Shown here piece after piece: positions 1-10,338 of a stretch of 64,000 nucleotides of DNA (its first letter is position 1; every line of letters starts with the position of its first letter). The notes under the pieces were generated by a model. It had not been told where the DNA came from and did no database searches. It saw only the letters and a list, made by a program, of their open reading frames with translations. This DNA comes from Bdellovibrionales bacterium (lineage in GTDB: Bacteria; Bdellovibrionota; Bdellovibrionia; Bdellovibrionales; CAYMLA01), in assembly GCA_965217115.1 (NCBI GenBank), contig OZ244239.1, positions 640,001-704,000 of the forward strand, given 5' to 3'. The translations under genes were made by a program, and so were the position numbers.

Positions 1-288
1 TTTATGTATATTTACTTTTTTTATAAGGCTCGCTTTTGATAGGATAGAATTGGCTGATTTTGTAACAGAGATATTAAGCCATCTCCATACGATAACACCA
101 ATAATTAAAAATTGAATATAATCAGCCCCTCCTCTATTTAAAATGACTTTAAATAAAAGAAAATATATACAAATATTTAAAGCTGGCTCAATCACCCACC
201 ATAAATAGCCTAAATATGATTTTTGAGATTCTTCCTCTAACTTAAAGCTCGTGTAAATTAAAAGAAGGTTTAGAAAATGCCCTCCCAA
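1..288 (-). CDS. wzm: ABC-2 type polysaccharide (O-antigen/LPS) export permease, Wzm-like; 5' part only, runs off the window
   Basis: Not in the ORF track. Manual translation from TTG at 288: LGGHFLNLLLIYTSFKLEEESQKSYLGYLWWVIEPALNICIYFLLFKVILNRGGADYIQFLIIGVIVWRWLNISVTKSANSILSKASLIKKVNIHK. The SxLGxLWxxxEP...Y..FL..G...W...LIKKV pattern is typical of Wzm/TagG. Confidence 0.8.
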   Translation of the reverse strand, partial: MGGHFLNLLLIYTSFKLEEESQKSYLGYLWWVIEPALNICIYFLLFKVILNRGGADYIQFLIIGVIVWRWLNISVTKSANSILSKASLIKKVNIHK

Positions 289-389
289 TACTCCTACCCT
301 CTCTTCGTCTTTTAGTTCTAAATAATTTCTATAGTATGGCTTTATCGAGTTCTCTTCCGAGAGTCAAACTCCACTTTACTTACCTTCTT

Positions 390-530
390 TCATTTTTTAT
401 TCTCCATGGATTCATATTTCTGATTCCAGTTAGAATGTGTCACATTCGTTAGAGGGAGCCCTACATACCCTAATCCCACGATTCCGATTTTTGCTGACTT
501 GTTCTCTAATTTTTCAATCAATTCTTGCAT
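390..530 (-). pseudogene. Truncated N-terminal remnant of a UDP-glucose/UDP-GlcNAc 6-dehydrogenase (WbpA/WecC family)
   Basis: MQELIEKLENKSAKIGIVGLGYVGLPL is the Rossmann start of this family. Similarity stops abruptly and the frame ends 19 codons later; the family is about 430 aa. Confidence 0.7.
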
Positions 531-572
531 ACAAGAAACCCTGACATTCTTATTCACACAATGACGCATACT

Positions 573-751
573 ACACAACGGGCGATGGGGATTCAAAGCA
601 TTCTCTCCATAAGGTTTAATTATTTTAAACCTTTACCATGTGCTGCTCAGCGTTATTTCTAAAACACAACGGGCGATGGGGATTCAAAGCATTCTCTCCA
701 TAAGGTTTAATTATTTTAAACCTTTACCATGTGCTGCTCAGCGTTATTTCT
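573..751. repeat. Exact tandem duplication of an 88-bp unit (573-660 and 664-751)
   Basis: The two copies are identical by eye and separated by AAA. Each contains the inverted repeat AAGGTTTAA-TTATT-TTAAACCTT. Confidence 0.95.
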
Positions 752-934
752 CTGCTGACACGCCCCCTTCATCCCATTTCAGCCTTCTCCTAAGCGCCTA
801 TAAGAAAATAATAGCCTACTCAAATACTGTATTGTAGATTTCTAGCTGCAAGAACCTCTTCTGCTGTAAGTATGATAAGAGAGGAAGCTAGCTAACATCA
901 GTTAAATTTATTCTTATAAAAGGAAAATCATCAA

Positions 935-2362
935 ATGATCCCTGTGATTCTATCAGGTGGAAGCGGAACCAGGCTGTGGCCTGTGTCACGGACCAATTAT
1001 CCTAAACAATTCTGCCAACTCTTTCCTGAACCTCTGATGATTCAAACCCTTAAAAGAGTTGCCTCCTTTGGACCTGCTACTGTTATCACCACCGAAGATC
1101 TCAAAGTGTTAACTGAAAAAACTCTTAAGAGCCCCACTCTCTCTGACACTGCTTGTATCTACGAACCTTTTGGCCAAAATACAGCCCCTGCCATAGCTCT
1201 TGTCTGCCAAATTCTTAGCAGACAAGGTAAAAAATCAGAAGCCGTGGGGGTTTTTCCAGCCGATCAACTCATAGAAAACAACTCTGTCTTTCAACAAGCC
1301 ATACAGCTCAGTGAACAATACGCTCAAAAAAATCAAGTTGTCACACTCGGCATCAAACCCACCCACCCTGCCACTGGCTATGGTTATATCGAAATCAAAA
1401 ATGAATCCAGCAGTAACACGACTTCTGCAGAAGACTTTGTGGAGATATCTATTCATAAAGAAAAACCTCTCAAGGCCTTCCCTATCGCTAATTTTCACGA
1501 AAAACCCGATTCAACAACTGCACAAGCCTACCTAAATAAGGAAACTTTTTTCTGGAATGCTGGTATTTTTATTTTTAAAGTCCAAACTATGATCGATCTT
1601 TTAACGAAACACGCTCCTAAGCTCTGGGCAACTATCTCACAAATTAACTCTGATCTTAGTAATATCAAAGAAATTTATAACTCTGTCGAAAGCATCAGTA
1701 TTGATCACGCTCTTATAGAGAAACTCTCCCCTGAACAACTCACCTGTATTCCAACTGATATGGGTTGGAATGATATTGGCTCCTGGGATGCCATGTCTGA
1801 TATACCCGCTAAAATAAAATCCTCTCAAACAATCCAAATTAACTCTAAAAACAATTATCTCTTCTCTGAAAAAAACAAGACCTATGCCCTTAATAACGTT
1901 TCCGAACTAATCGTTGTCGATACTAACGACGCTCTGCTTATTACTCGCAAGGGGTGCTCTCAAGAGATTAGAGAGGTTGTCAAAAAATTAAATGCCGAGG
2001 AAAATCCGCGAGTAAAAGATTTTCCCTCTGAACAAAAGCCATGGGGCCAGTATGAAATTTTAAAAGATTCAACTAAATTCAAAACTAAAGCAATCACCAT
2101 TGACCCCAAAAGTCAGATTTCCTATCAATCCCATAAACAACGGGAAGAACACTGGATCATTGTCTCAGGCTCTGGAGAAGTTGTTCTTAACGGTGAGACA
2201 ATCTCTGTTAAAAAAGGCAGTTACATCCATATTCCTCAGGAAAGCAAACATCGCATACGTAATACAGAGAACATCCCTCTTGAATTTATTGAAGTCCAAA
2301 TGGGGGAATATTTTGGTGAAGACGATATCATTCGTTATGATGACGACTACAATAGAACCTAA
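935..2362 (+). CDS. manC: Mannose-1-phosphate guanylyltransferase / mannose-6-phosphate isomerase
   Basis: ILSGGSGTRLWPVSR..YPKQF, EP.GQNTAPAI, TGYGYI, WNAGIF, W.DIGSW, and a C-terminal cupin (KPWG, SYQSH..REEHW, IEVQ.G.Y.GEDDI.R). Confidence 0.95.
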   Translation: MIPVILSGGSGTRLWPVSRTNYPKQFCQLFPEPLMIQTLKRVASFGPATVITTEDLKVLTEKTLKSPTLSDTACIYEPFGQNTAPAIALVCQILSRQGKKSEAVGVFPADQLIENNSVFQQAIQLSEQYAQKNQVVTLGIKPTHPATGYGYIEIKNESSSNTTSAEDFVEISIHKEKPLKAFPIANFHEKPDSTTAQAYLNKETFFWNAGIFIFKVQTMIDLLTKHAPKLWATISQINSDLSNIKEIYNSVESISIDHALIEKLSPEQLTCIPTDMGWNDIGSWDAMSDIPAKIKSSQTIQINSKNNYLFSEKNKTYALNNVSELIVVDTNDALLITRKGCSQEIREVVKKLNAEENPRVKDFPSEQKPWGQYEILKDSTKFKTKAITIDPKSQISYQSHKQREEHWIIVSGSGEVVLNGETISVKKGSYIHIPQESKHRIRNTENIPLEFIEVQMGEYFGEDDIIRYDDDYNRT

Positions 2363-2394
2363 TATCATCATACAGCGATAAGGAATCTTTCTCT

Positions 2395-2922
2395 ATGAGC
2401 CTCGTACTTAAACAAATTTTTTCCTTTCTGAAGCTTCTCAATTCAGAAACAGGAACAACACAAATCGCCCTCGGACTATCCCTTGGAATCATCCTAGGTT
2501 TTGCTCCAACTCTTTCTCTACAAACTCTCTTCGTTTTTGGTCTTAGTTTTGTTTTCCGTATTCAATTAGGAGCTGTCTTTCTCTCAACATTTGTTTTTAA
2601 ATTTTTAGCCTATCTCGCCGATCCTCTCTGTCATGAAATTGGCCGCCTTGCCCTTGAAAATACCTCAATGCAACCTCTCTTCACAACACTCTATAATATG
2701 CCCGTAGTTCCCTTAAGTCAGTTTAATAACACCATCGTTATGGGATCTGCCATTCTCTCTATTCTTCTCTCTATTCCCATGGTTTTTATCTTTCAAAAAC
2801 TCATTCAAAAATATCGACAAAACATACTCGAACACTTTAAAAACAGCCGCTTTTACAAAATCCTTAAAACCACTTCATTTTACCGATGGTATCATAAGTA
2901 CAACGAACTCTATGGTTCATAA
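2395..2922 (+). CDS. TIGR03546-like (DUF2062) membrane protein
   Basis: LNSE...QIALG...G...G..P and FNNTIVMG motifs; paired with a TIGR03545-like gene. Confidence 0.8.
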   Translation: MSLVLKQIFSFLKLLNSETGTTQIALGLSLGIILGFAPTLSLQTLFVFGLSFVFRIQLGAVFLSTFVFKFLAYLADPLCHEIGRLALENTSMQPLFTTLYNMPVVPLSQFNNTIVMGSAILSILLSIPMVFIFQKLIQKYRQNILEHFKNSRFYKILKTTSFYRWYHKYNELYGS

Positions 2923-2933
2923 AAGGCCTCGTC

Positions 2934-4889
2934 ATGACGAAAAAAATAAAAAAACCTCCTTTTAGGCTAGAGGCCCTCATTCCATTTGCTATTGTTATTT
3001 TTCTTTTTTCTATTTATTCCCATTTCTTTTTTCATTCCCATGTAAAAAATCTTATCCAATTCTCCGCAACATGGATCAACGGCGCCGAAGTTAATATTGG
3101 CAGCTTTAAATCTAGTATCTTCAATGCTAGTTTTGAATTTAAAAATATTCAAATCACAGACCCTCAGAATCCTAAACGAAATTCCATAGAGATTGAACGT
3201 ATACACTCTCAAGCCCTCTGGGATGGGCTACTTAGAGGAAAACTCATTGTTGAACTCGCCAGTGTTGAAGGAATTGCAATTAACTCTCTACGAAGAACCC
3301 AAGGAAAAACCCTTTCACAATCAGATAGATCTAGCCGCCAGAGAACCATTGAGAAAACAGAAAAAATAGCAACAACTCACATTCAAGAAGAGTTTTCCAA
3401 TAACATTCTCTCCGATATGGCCTCTATTGCAGGGGGAAATAGCTCCAAAAAACAGTTAGAACTCATTCAAGGAAATCTGCAAACTTCGAAATACATTGAA
3501 AAACTTAAAAAAGAGTTGCAAAAAAAACAACGCTCTTGGCAAGAGAGGCTTAAGACTCTACCTACTAATAAAGCTCTTAAAGAGTTACAGGTGAAATTAA
3601 AAAATATAAAAACCTCCAACTTTAAAAATGTCTTCGAACTTCAAAATTCTATAGAACGGCTAAAAACCGTCATTGATGACTCTAAGGGAAAATATAAAAC
3701 CATTTTCAGCGCAAACAAAGAGTTAAAACAAGATATCTCTTCTATTCAAAAAAAAATCAACAGTATCAACCATTTTGTTAAAAATGATATTCAATCTTTG
3801 GAGAAAAAACTTCGCATACCATCTCTTGATCCCAAAGAAATTTCTAAATCTCTTTTTCAAAAACAGTTTACCCCCTATCTACAAAAATTCGATGCTTACA
3901 TGAAGATAGCTGAAGAATACATGCCCCCTAAAAAAACAGCTGAGCAACTAAAAGAAGAACGTAAACAAAAACTCTCCCCCCATAAAAGACATCAAGGGCG
4001 TAATTATCACTTTGGCACATCCACATCATATCCCCTCGTTTGGATAAAAAAAGTTGTCATTTCATCCAAAGAGAATAAGTCTAAAAATACGGGGTCTTTA
4101 CGTGGAGAAATCCTAAATATCTCAACAAATCAATCTCAAATTAATAAACCTCTTATTGCATCCATATCTGGAGATTTCCCTCAGAAAAACATCTACGGCC
4201 TCATCTCCCATCTCACCATTGATCATCGAAGCACAGTGCCATCAGAAACTCTTGACCTCTCAGTTACCCGTTACCCAATAGAGACACGGGAAATATCCAA
4301 CACCCCAGAGGTGAAGCTTATTATAACCGAGGCCCAGGGGGGATTAAAACTCAAAGCCTTGCGCACAAACAATCTGGTAACAATGGTCATCAACAATCAT
4401 TTCTCTTCCCTTAAGTATGAAATTGATTCTAAACAGAAAGAAATTAAAAATCTTGTTACCAATGTTATGGGCAATGTTCCTAAAATCTCAATCAGCGCTT
4501 CGGCAAAAGGCTCTTTTCCACTTATGAACTGGCATATCTCTTCTAATATCGGCTACGAATTACAAAAAGGATTTGAACAGCAGATCAGAGAAAGAGTCAA
4601 AGGAGCAAAGAGAAGGATCAAAAAAGAGGTCAACGGAGTTATTTCTAAACAAAAAAATCAACTCAAAAAAAGTATGTACGATTTTAAAAATCAATATCAA
4701 AAAGAAATAAATAACTTAAAACAGGAAGTACAATCAACACGTAAGTCAGCTAATATGAAAATTTCTCGGGCTAAAAAACAGGAAGGAAAGAAAGCTAAAG
4801 ATAAAATTGAAAAAGAACTCAATAAAATTCTTAAAGATAAGGATGCTAAAAAGCTTCTTGATGATCTAAAAAAGAAGTTCAAATTCTAA
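2934..4889 (+). CDS. TIGR03545-like AsmA-type protein with coiled-coil regions
   Basis: N-terminal TM segment, GAEVNIG...IQITDPQNP, R..GRNYHF....YP.VWIK, Lys-rich coiled coils. Confidence 0.75.
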   Translation: MTKKIKKPPFRLEALIPFAIVIFLFSIYSHFFFHSHVKNLIQFSATWINGAEVNIGSFKSSIFNASFEFKNIQITDPQNPKRNSIEIERIHSQALWDGLLRGKLIVELASVEGIAINSLRRTQGKTLSQSDRSSRQRTIEKTEKIATTHIQEEFSNNILSDMASIAGGNSSKKQLELIQGNLQTSKYIEKLKKELQKKQRSWQERLKTLPTNKALKELQVKLKNIKTSNFKNVFELQNSIERLKTVIDDSKGKYKTIFSANKELKQDISSIQKKINSINHFVKNDIQSLEKKLRIPSLDPKEISKSLFQKQFTPYLQKFDAYMKIAEEYMPPKKTAEQLKEERKQKLSPHKRHQGRNYHFGTSTSYPLVWIKKVVISSKENKSKNTGSLRGEILNISTNQSQINKPLIASISGDFPQKNIYGLISHLTIDHRSTVPSETLDLSVTRYPIETREISNTPEVKLIITEAQGGLKLKALRTNNLVTMVINNHFSSLKYEIDSKQKEIKNLVTNVMGNVPKISISASAKGSFPLMNWHISSNIGYELQKGFEQQIRERVKGAKRRIKKEVNGVISKQKNQLKKSMYDFKNQYQKEINNLKQEVQSTRKSANMKISRAKKQEGKKAKDKIEKELNKILKDKDAKKLLDDLKKKFKF

Positions 4890-4890
4890 T

Positions 4891-6336
4891 TTATTTGTAA
4901 CTTCTCAAGTGCATTGCTTTATATATCTTGTAAAGACAAACTATGGTTATCACCGAAATAATCCCTGGAAAGGCCTCTGTGACTACAGGGCTTAAGCCAA
5001 ACATTCTCCATAAAACAGTGACCAATCCTCCTACAAAAACAATAAATAAACACATCGTTTCTTTTATAGAAGGAAAAAGTATTTGTAAACAAGCTGCTGT
5101 TCCTAAAGTCACTCCCAAGGTTGACCATGAGAATACCACCATATCAAAAATGCTCCCACTGGAAAAAATAGCGGTCAGTGTTGTTACAATTACTAAAATC
5201 ACTGTTAACAATTTCGTAAAATGATACCTTGATCTATTTTTCAATAAAGAGACCTTTGGCATAATACTCTGAGAAATCGCAGCTGAACAACTAATAATCT
5301 GCGAATCCACTGTTGACATTACTGATGAAAATATTCCCGCCAAAACAATCCCCACCAAAATCGCCGGCATTAGCTTTAAAGACAACAGAGGCAGTGCCAT
5401 TTCAGGATCAAATTCTCCGACTCCCACATCTTTTAAAATTAAACGACACGCTAATCCTACAAAAAATAAGAACACAAAAAGAAGATTATTTGCTAGGTAA
5501 TAATAGATTCTCATCTTCCTTAAGTTCTCGATTTTATCGAGGACCATTATTCTCACCATAACATGGGGTTGTCCCAAGATGCAAAGTCCTGAAAATACCC
5601 AACCTATAAGGAATAACAGGAACCCCCCTACTCCACCGCCTCCTGAGTTTTCAGGGAATAGAGTAAAATAATTAGAAGACACTCCTTGGAGACCTCCCAT
5701 AAACTCTTTCCATCCTCCTAAATAAATAAGCGAGTAAATCGTCAGACCCACACTCGAAGCAAGCATAACAATGGCCTGTACCGCATCAGTCCAGATAGAA
5801 GCCCTAATTCCTCCTGACCAACTATAAAACAATACAAAAAAAGCACACAGGATCGTTCCTGAAATCTCTGACCATCCCAGAACTGCCTGTAAGGCCTTAC
5901 TACTAGCCTTTAACTGGGCTGAAGCGTAAATTGATAGAAAAATCAAAATCATAACAGCCAAAAAAAATCTTAATTTTTTATAAACCCCTGAAAATCTCTG
6001 GGAGACTAGGTCTTCATAACTCAAAGAGTTGTACTGGTTATGCAACTTTTTAAGCTTTGAACTTAAAGTATAAAAAACAATGATATCTCCCGTTAATAGA
6101 CCAAACATCAACCAAGCAGCTGCTACGCCATTAAGATAAACAACTCCAATAAACCCAATAAACATATATCCACTCAGCTTTGAGGCCATCATTGATAGAG
6201 CGCTCAACGCAGGAGAGACATCTCCACTAGAAAGCAAATAATCTTTCGAAGATTTCTGGCTTTTACGACTAGCTAAAAAACCCACCCCTACAAATATAAG
6301 CATAAAGAAAATGAAACTATATAAAATCATATGCAC
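4891..6336 (-). CDS. Sodium:solute symporter (PutP/proline symporter-like)
   Basis: About 13 TM segments; ALS..AS..SGYMFIG, GG.RASIWTD.VQ, GQPH.MVR.M, MST.DSQI. Confidence 0.9.
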   Translation of the reverse strand: MHMILYSFIFFMLIFVGVGFLASRKSQKSSKDYLLSSGDVSPALSALSMMASKLSGYMFIGFIGVVYLNGVAAAWLMFGLLTGDIIVFYTLSSKLKKLHNQYNSLSYEDLVSQRFSGVYKKLRFFLAVMILIFLSIYASAQLKASSKALQAVLGWSEISGTILCAFFVLFYSWSGGIRASIWTDAVQAIVMLASSVGLTIYSLIYLGGWKEFMGGLQGVSSNYFTLFPENSGGGGVGGFLLFLIGWVFSGLCILGQPHVMVRIMVLDKIENLRKMRIYYYLANNLLFVFLFFVGLACRLILKDVGVGEFDPEMALPLLSLKLMPAILVGIVLAGIFSSVMSTVDSQIISCSAAISQSIMPKVSLLKNRSRYHFTKLLTVILVIVTTLTAIFSSGSIFDMVVFSWSTLGVTLGTAACLQILFPSIKETMCLFIVFVGGLVTVLWRMFGLSPVVTEAFPGIISVITIVCLYKIYKAMHLRSYK

Positions 6337-6346
6337 CCTTCTATAA

Positions 6347-6916
6347 TTATTCAGTTTCTAATAAATATTTAAAAAACGTTAGGGTCTCTTTATTATACCA
6401 GTTCGTTAAACCTATCACTTTCCTTACAAGTTTCAAGTCCTTCCCTATGATAAATGTTTCAGGCAATCTATTCACTTCGTACTTTTTGGCCACTCTTTTT
6501 TTATGATCCCACAATACTGTTAAATAGGGACTCTTAGACTCTTCTCTAAAAACCTTTAAGAAATCTCTTATCTCCTTCTCGACAGAATCGTTCGACACAG
6601 CCAACATCACAACTTCCCCCGAGAAATGATTAATTAACTTAATCATCGAGGGGAACTCTTCTACACAAGGGTTACACCAAGAAGCCCAGAAATTTAAAAT
6701 AATGACTTTTCCCTTAAAATCAGATAAGGAAAAAACAGAACCATCTAGATCATGCAGCTCAAAATCATCAACTCCCCTCTCTTCCATTTGATCTAGCTTT
6801 TGATGTCGACTGCCTGACTCTAAGACTCTACGTCCTCCAAACTGTAACCATACGAGAACGAGCAATGCTCCTGCTGTAAAAGCGACCAAGAATGCTCGTA
6901 GATAAACCTTTCCCAT
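6347..6916 (-). CDS. TlpA/ResA-family thiol-disulfide oxidoreductase
   Basis: N-terminal TM segment, LNFWASWCNPCVEEFP, LPETFII. Confidence 0.9.
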   Translation of the reverse strand: MGKVYLRAFLVAFTAGALLVLVWLQFGGRRVLESGSRHQKLDQMEERGVDDFELHDLDGSVFSLSDFKGKVIILNFWASWCNPCVEEFPSMIKLINHFSGEVVMLAVSNDSVEKEIRDFLKVFREESKSPYLTVLWDHKKRVAKKYEVNRLPETFIIGKDLKLVRKVIGLTNWYNKETLTFFKYLLETE

Positions 6917-7064
6917 CCTTTATCACTCCCCCAAAAAAAATAGACAACAAGAACTTGAAGATACAAACAGGCGGGAAAGTCGAAGGCCTTGCCATCACCA
7001 GTGGCAGCTACACCGACAAACCCACTCAGATTTAGTTAATATTTCCTTGAATACACTCTGATGC

Positions 7065-7550
7065 TTACGAGCGATTAATACGACGGGATTTCTGTTGAAT
7101 CTTTCGTAAATACTTTCTTTTCTTAATTGCTCTCTGAGCAATCAGTTTAGACGCTTTAGCTTGAGCCGCTTCATCCACCTGAACATTAGTTGGGTCATAG
7201 TCTACGAACTCAATATAAGCCATTTCAGACGCATCACCAGCTCGCACACCCAGTTTAACAATTCGTGTGTATCCACCTGGACGCTCCTTAAAACGAGGCG
7301 CCAATTTTTTAATAATTTTACTCACCGTATCTCTATTTGGATAACGAGCTAATAAAAGTCTCTGAGCATGAAGTGACTCCTTCTTACCCAAAGTCACTGC
7401 TTTCTCAACATGACGTCGTAATTCTTTTGCCTTAGGAACTGTTGTTTTAATTCTCTCATGTTCAACCAAGTTATTCACCAAACCACGAAACAATGCCCTG
7501 CGGGCATCTGGGTGACGACTAAAATGTTTTACATTCCTTCTATGTCTCAT
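7065..7550 (-). CDS. rplQ: 50S ribosomal protein bL17 with basic C-terminal extension
   Basis: MRHR..., ERIKTTVPKAKELR, RPGGYTRI. Confidence 0.97.
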   Translation of the reverse strand: MRHRRNVKHFSRHPDARRALFRGLVNNLVEHERIKTTVPKAKELRRHVEKAVTLGKKESLHAQRLLLARYPNRDTVSKIIKKLAPRFKERPGGYTRIVKLGVRAGDASEMAYIEFVDYDPTNVQVDEAAQAKASKLIAQRAIKKRKYLRKIQQKSRRINRS

Positions 7551-7600
7551 CTACTCAATTCTCCAAAGTCTGTGTTGTGGCTTTCCTCTTTTTTATATGC

Positions 7601-8659
7601 TCAGTGACTCTCCGTTTTTGGAGCCATAGGTCCATTAGGATTACTAGCATCCCACCCCTGAGGTGGCCAACCATCAATTTTTAATCCTAATCCCAGTCCC
7701 ATTTCAATCAAAATTTCTTTGATCTCATTCAATGATTTACGACCAAAATTCTTCGTTTTTAACATCTCTGCTTCTGAACGAACAACCAACTCACCTATAT
7801 AGCGGATATTAGCGTTCTTCAGGCAATTGGCACTACGAACAGATAGCTCCAAATCCTCAACAGGACGGAATAAATTCTCATTCAACGTAGGCGTACTTGA
7901 TTTTTGTTCTTCTTCTGAAGGTTCAATAGACTCATCAAAGGTCACAAAAATTTCCAATTGATCCTTTAAAATTTTAGACCCCAGGGCCACTGCCTCATCT
8001 GGTTTTAATGACTTGTCCGTCCATACTTCCACTGCCAAGGCATCATAATCCGTTCTTTGACCCACACGAGCACTGTTCACCGTGTAATTCACCCGACGAA
8101 TAGGACTGTAAAGAGAGTCAATAGCAATAAATCCCAAAGGCAAATCATGCTCATGGCTCTCTGCCGCAACATAACCACGACCAAAACTCACATGGAGTTC
8201 ACAACTAAAATGAGCATTGTCACCCAAAGTACAAATCACATGATCTGGGTCCAACAACTCCAGCTTATCAGTTAATTGAATGTCAGCTGCACGAACAACA
8301 CCTGGTCCCTGCTTGTTTATTCTTACCGTTTGCGGATCTGGAGAATAGCTCTTCAATCGCAACTCTTTTAAATTAAGGATAATATCAGTCACATCTTCCA
8401 ACACATCAGGGATCGTTGAAAACTCATGGAGAACACCTTCTAATTTCACGGCAGAAACAGCCGTTCCCATCATCGAAGTCAAAAGAACTCGACGAATAGA
8501 ATTCCCCAAGGTCACACCATAACCACTCTCTAATGGCTTAATAATAAATTTTCCATAATCAGCGCGCAAAGATTCTCTCTCTACTTCAAAACCGCTAGGA
8601 CGAATTAGCTCACGCCAAAATTTGTAATAATGCTCTTGTACTTGAATTTCTTCGCTCAT
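7601..8659 (-). CDS. rpoA: RNA polymerase subunit alpha
   Basis: [47 protein letters not shown]. Confidence 0.98.
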   Translation of the reverse strand: MSEEIQVQEHYYKFWRELIRPSGFEVERESLRADYGKFIIKPLESGYGVTLGNSIRRVLLTSMMGTAVSAVKLEGVLHEFSTIPDVLEDVTDIILNLKELRLKSYSPDPQTVRINKQGPGVVRAADIQLTDKLELLDPDHVICTLGDNAHFSCELHVSFGRGYVAAESHEHDLPLGFIAIDSLYSPIRRVNYTVNSARVGQRTDYDALAVEVWTDKSLKPDEAVALGSKILKDQLEIFVTFDESIEPSEEEQKSSTPTLNENLFRPVEDLELSVRSANCLKNANIRYIGELVVRSEAEMLKTKNFGRKSLNEIKEILIEMGLGLGLKIDGWPPQGWDASNPNGPMAPKTESH

Positions 8660-8726
8660 AACCACCTCTAAAGAGTCCGACCTAAAAAAGGCCTCATAAT
8701 ATAATTTAAGTAAACACGCCTAAAAT

Positions 8727-9116
8727 CTAAATTCTTCTTCTTTTCGGAGGACGACAACCATTATGGGCAACAGGTGTTATGTCCTTCATCAACGTCACTC
8801 TCATACCACAGGCTGATAACGCTCGAATAGCTGGCTCTCGCCCCGCACCTGGACCAGAGAGGAAAACCTCCACACTCTTCACTCCATGCTCCATTGCCTT
8901 CTTTGCCGCATCTTCAGCTGCCATTTGTGCCGCAAAAGGAGTTCCTTTGCGACTGCCCTTGAAGCTCATTGCTCCAGCACTAGACCAAGAAATTGTATTC
9001 CCCGTAGGATCACTAAAAGTAATAATCGTATTCCCAAAACCCGATTGAACATTACAACGAGCAGATGGAATATTCTTTTTTACCTTCTTCTTTGTTTTTG
9101 TTTTTTTATCTGCCAT
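8727..9116 (-). CDS. rpsK: 30S ribosomal protein uS11
   Basis: [31 protein letters not shown]. Confidence 0.98.
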   Translation of the reverse strand: MADKKTKTKKKVKKNIPSARCNVQSGFGNTIITFSDPTGNTISWSSAGAMSFKGSRKGTPFAAQMAAEDAAKKAMEHGVKSVEVFLSGPGAGREPAIRALSACGMRVTLMKDITPVAHNGCRPPKRRRI

Positions 9117-9141
9117 ATTCAAATAACTCCATACAAATTAA

Positions 9142-9516
9142 CTAAACTTTTTTCTTACCAGAAACCGTTCTCTTAGGTCCCTTTCTAGTTCTTGCATTTT
9201 GACGAGTGCTCTGCCCACGAACAGGAAGCCCTCTACGATGACGAAGTCCTCGATAACAACCCAAATCCATCAAACGCTTCACCGAAAGGCCCACCTCTCG
9301 GCGTAAATCACCTTCAATCTTATACTCACCTTCAACCGTGTTACGAATCTTTATCAAATCAGCTTCTGTCAAATCCTCTTCTCGCGCATCCTCACTAACA
9401 CCAGATTTACTACAGATTGCCTTCGCACGTGAAGATCCAACACCATAAAGATACGTCAAAGCGACGACCATTCTTTTTTTCTTACTGGGAATATCTACGC
9501 CCGATATACGTGCCAT
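9142..9516 (-). CDS. rpsM: 30S ribosomal protein uS13
   Basis: [31 protein letters not shown]. Confidence 0.98.
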   Translation of the reverse strand: MARISGVDIPSKKKRMVVALTYLYGVGSSRAKAICSKSGVSEDAREEDLTEADLIKIRNTVEGEYKIEGDLRREVGLSVKRLMDLGCYRGLRHRRGLPVRGQSTRQNARTRKGPKRTVSGKKKV

Positions 9517-9519
9517 AAC

Positions 9520-9633
9520 CTAACCCTGCCTTTGCTTATGTTTGGGGTTCTCGCAAATCACTCGAATCACTCCTTTGCGCTTGATAACTTTACACTTAAT
9601 ACACATCTTTTTTACCGAAGCTGAAACCTTCAT
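9520..9633 (-). CDS. rpmJ: 50S ribosomal protein bL36, Zn-binding type
   Basis: Below the ORF-track size cutoff. Manual translation [43 protein letters not shown] upstream. Confidence 0.97.
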   Translation of the reverse strand: MKVSASVKKMCIKCKVIKRKGVIRVICENPKHKQRQG

Positions 9634-9696
9634 TACTCTCTCCTCAACACAATACGAAGCCCCTGTATTTACCTGATTTTCTTTTCACAGGCAAGC

Positions 9697-10338
9697 CTAA
9701 ACGCCCAAAGACCTCTTTATTCTTGTAAAAACCTCTAATGTTTCCCCTTGCCCATCAACCTCTAAATACCTTCCATCATTCTTATAAAAATCAATCAAAG
9801 GGCTCGTGTTTTTCTTATAAGCGTCTAGACGATTCTGTATCACATTCTCTCCGTCATCCACTCTCTGAACAACCTCTCCGCCACACTTATTACAAATGCC
9901 CTCTTTTTCAGAAGGATCTGAATCCACATGATAAACAGCTCCACAACCTTTGCAAGTACGTCGACCCGATAATCTTCTGAGCAAAACATCACTCTCTACT
10001 TGGAGAAAAATGGCCTTGTCCAAATTCATATTCTTAACCTCAAGCATCCCATTTAAAGCAATCGCCTGAGCCCCTGTGCGTGGAAAACCATCCAATATAA
10101 AATTATCCACCTCTGATTCTGAAAGTCTCTCCTCAACCATACCAATAACAACATCGTCAGGAACTAACTCTCCCTTATCCATGTAAGCCTGTGCTTCTTG
10201 CCCCAAATTCGTTTTTTTCTTTATCGCCGAGCGGAACAAGTTTCCAGTACTTATGTGGCACATTCCCAATTTTTTAACTAGAAATTCTGACTGTGTTCCT
10301 TTACCCGCACCAGGGGGGCCAAAAAGCAATATATTCAA
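9697..10338 (-). CDS. adk: Adenylate kinase with Zn-binding lid
   Basis: GPPGAGKGTQ, LDGFPRT, lid CKGC...CNKC. Confidence 0.97.
   Translation of the reverse strand: MNILLFGPPGAGKGTQSEFLVKKLGMCHISTGNLFRSAIKKKTNLGQEAQAYMDKGELVPDDVVIGMVEERLSESEVDNFILDGFPRTGAQAIALNGMLEVKNMNLDKAIFLQVESDVLLRRLSGRRTCKGCGAVYHVDSDPSEKEGICNKCGGEVVQRVDDGENVIQNRLDAYKKNTSPLIDFYKNDGRYLEVDGQGETLEVFTRIKRSLGV

Noticed and set aside
573..751. The repeat as a CRISPR array
   Set aside because: Only two 88-bp copies with a 3-nt gap, no spacers and no cas genes.
640..837. 65-aa + strand ORF from the track
   Set aside because: It is made largely of the duplicated unit, has no RBS and shows no recognisable motif.
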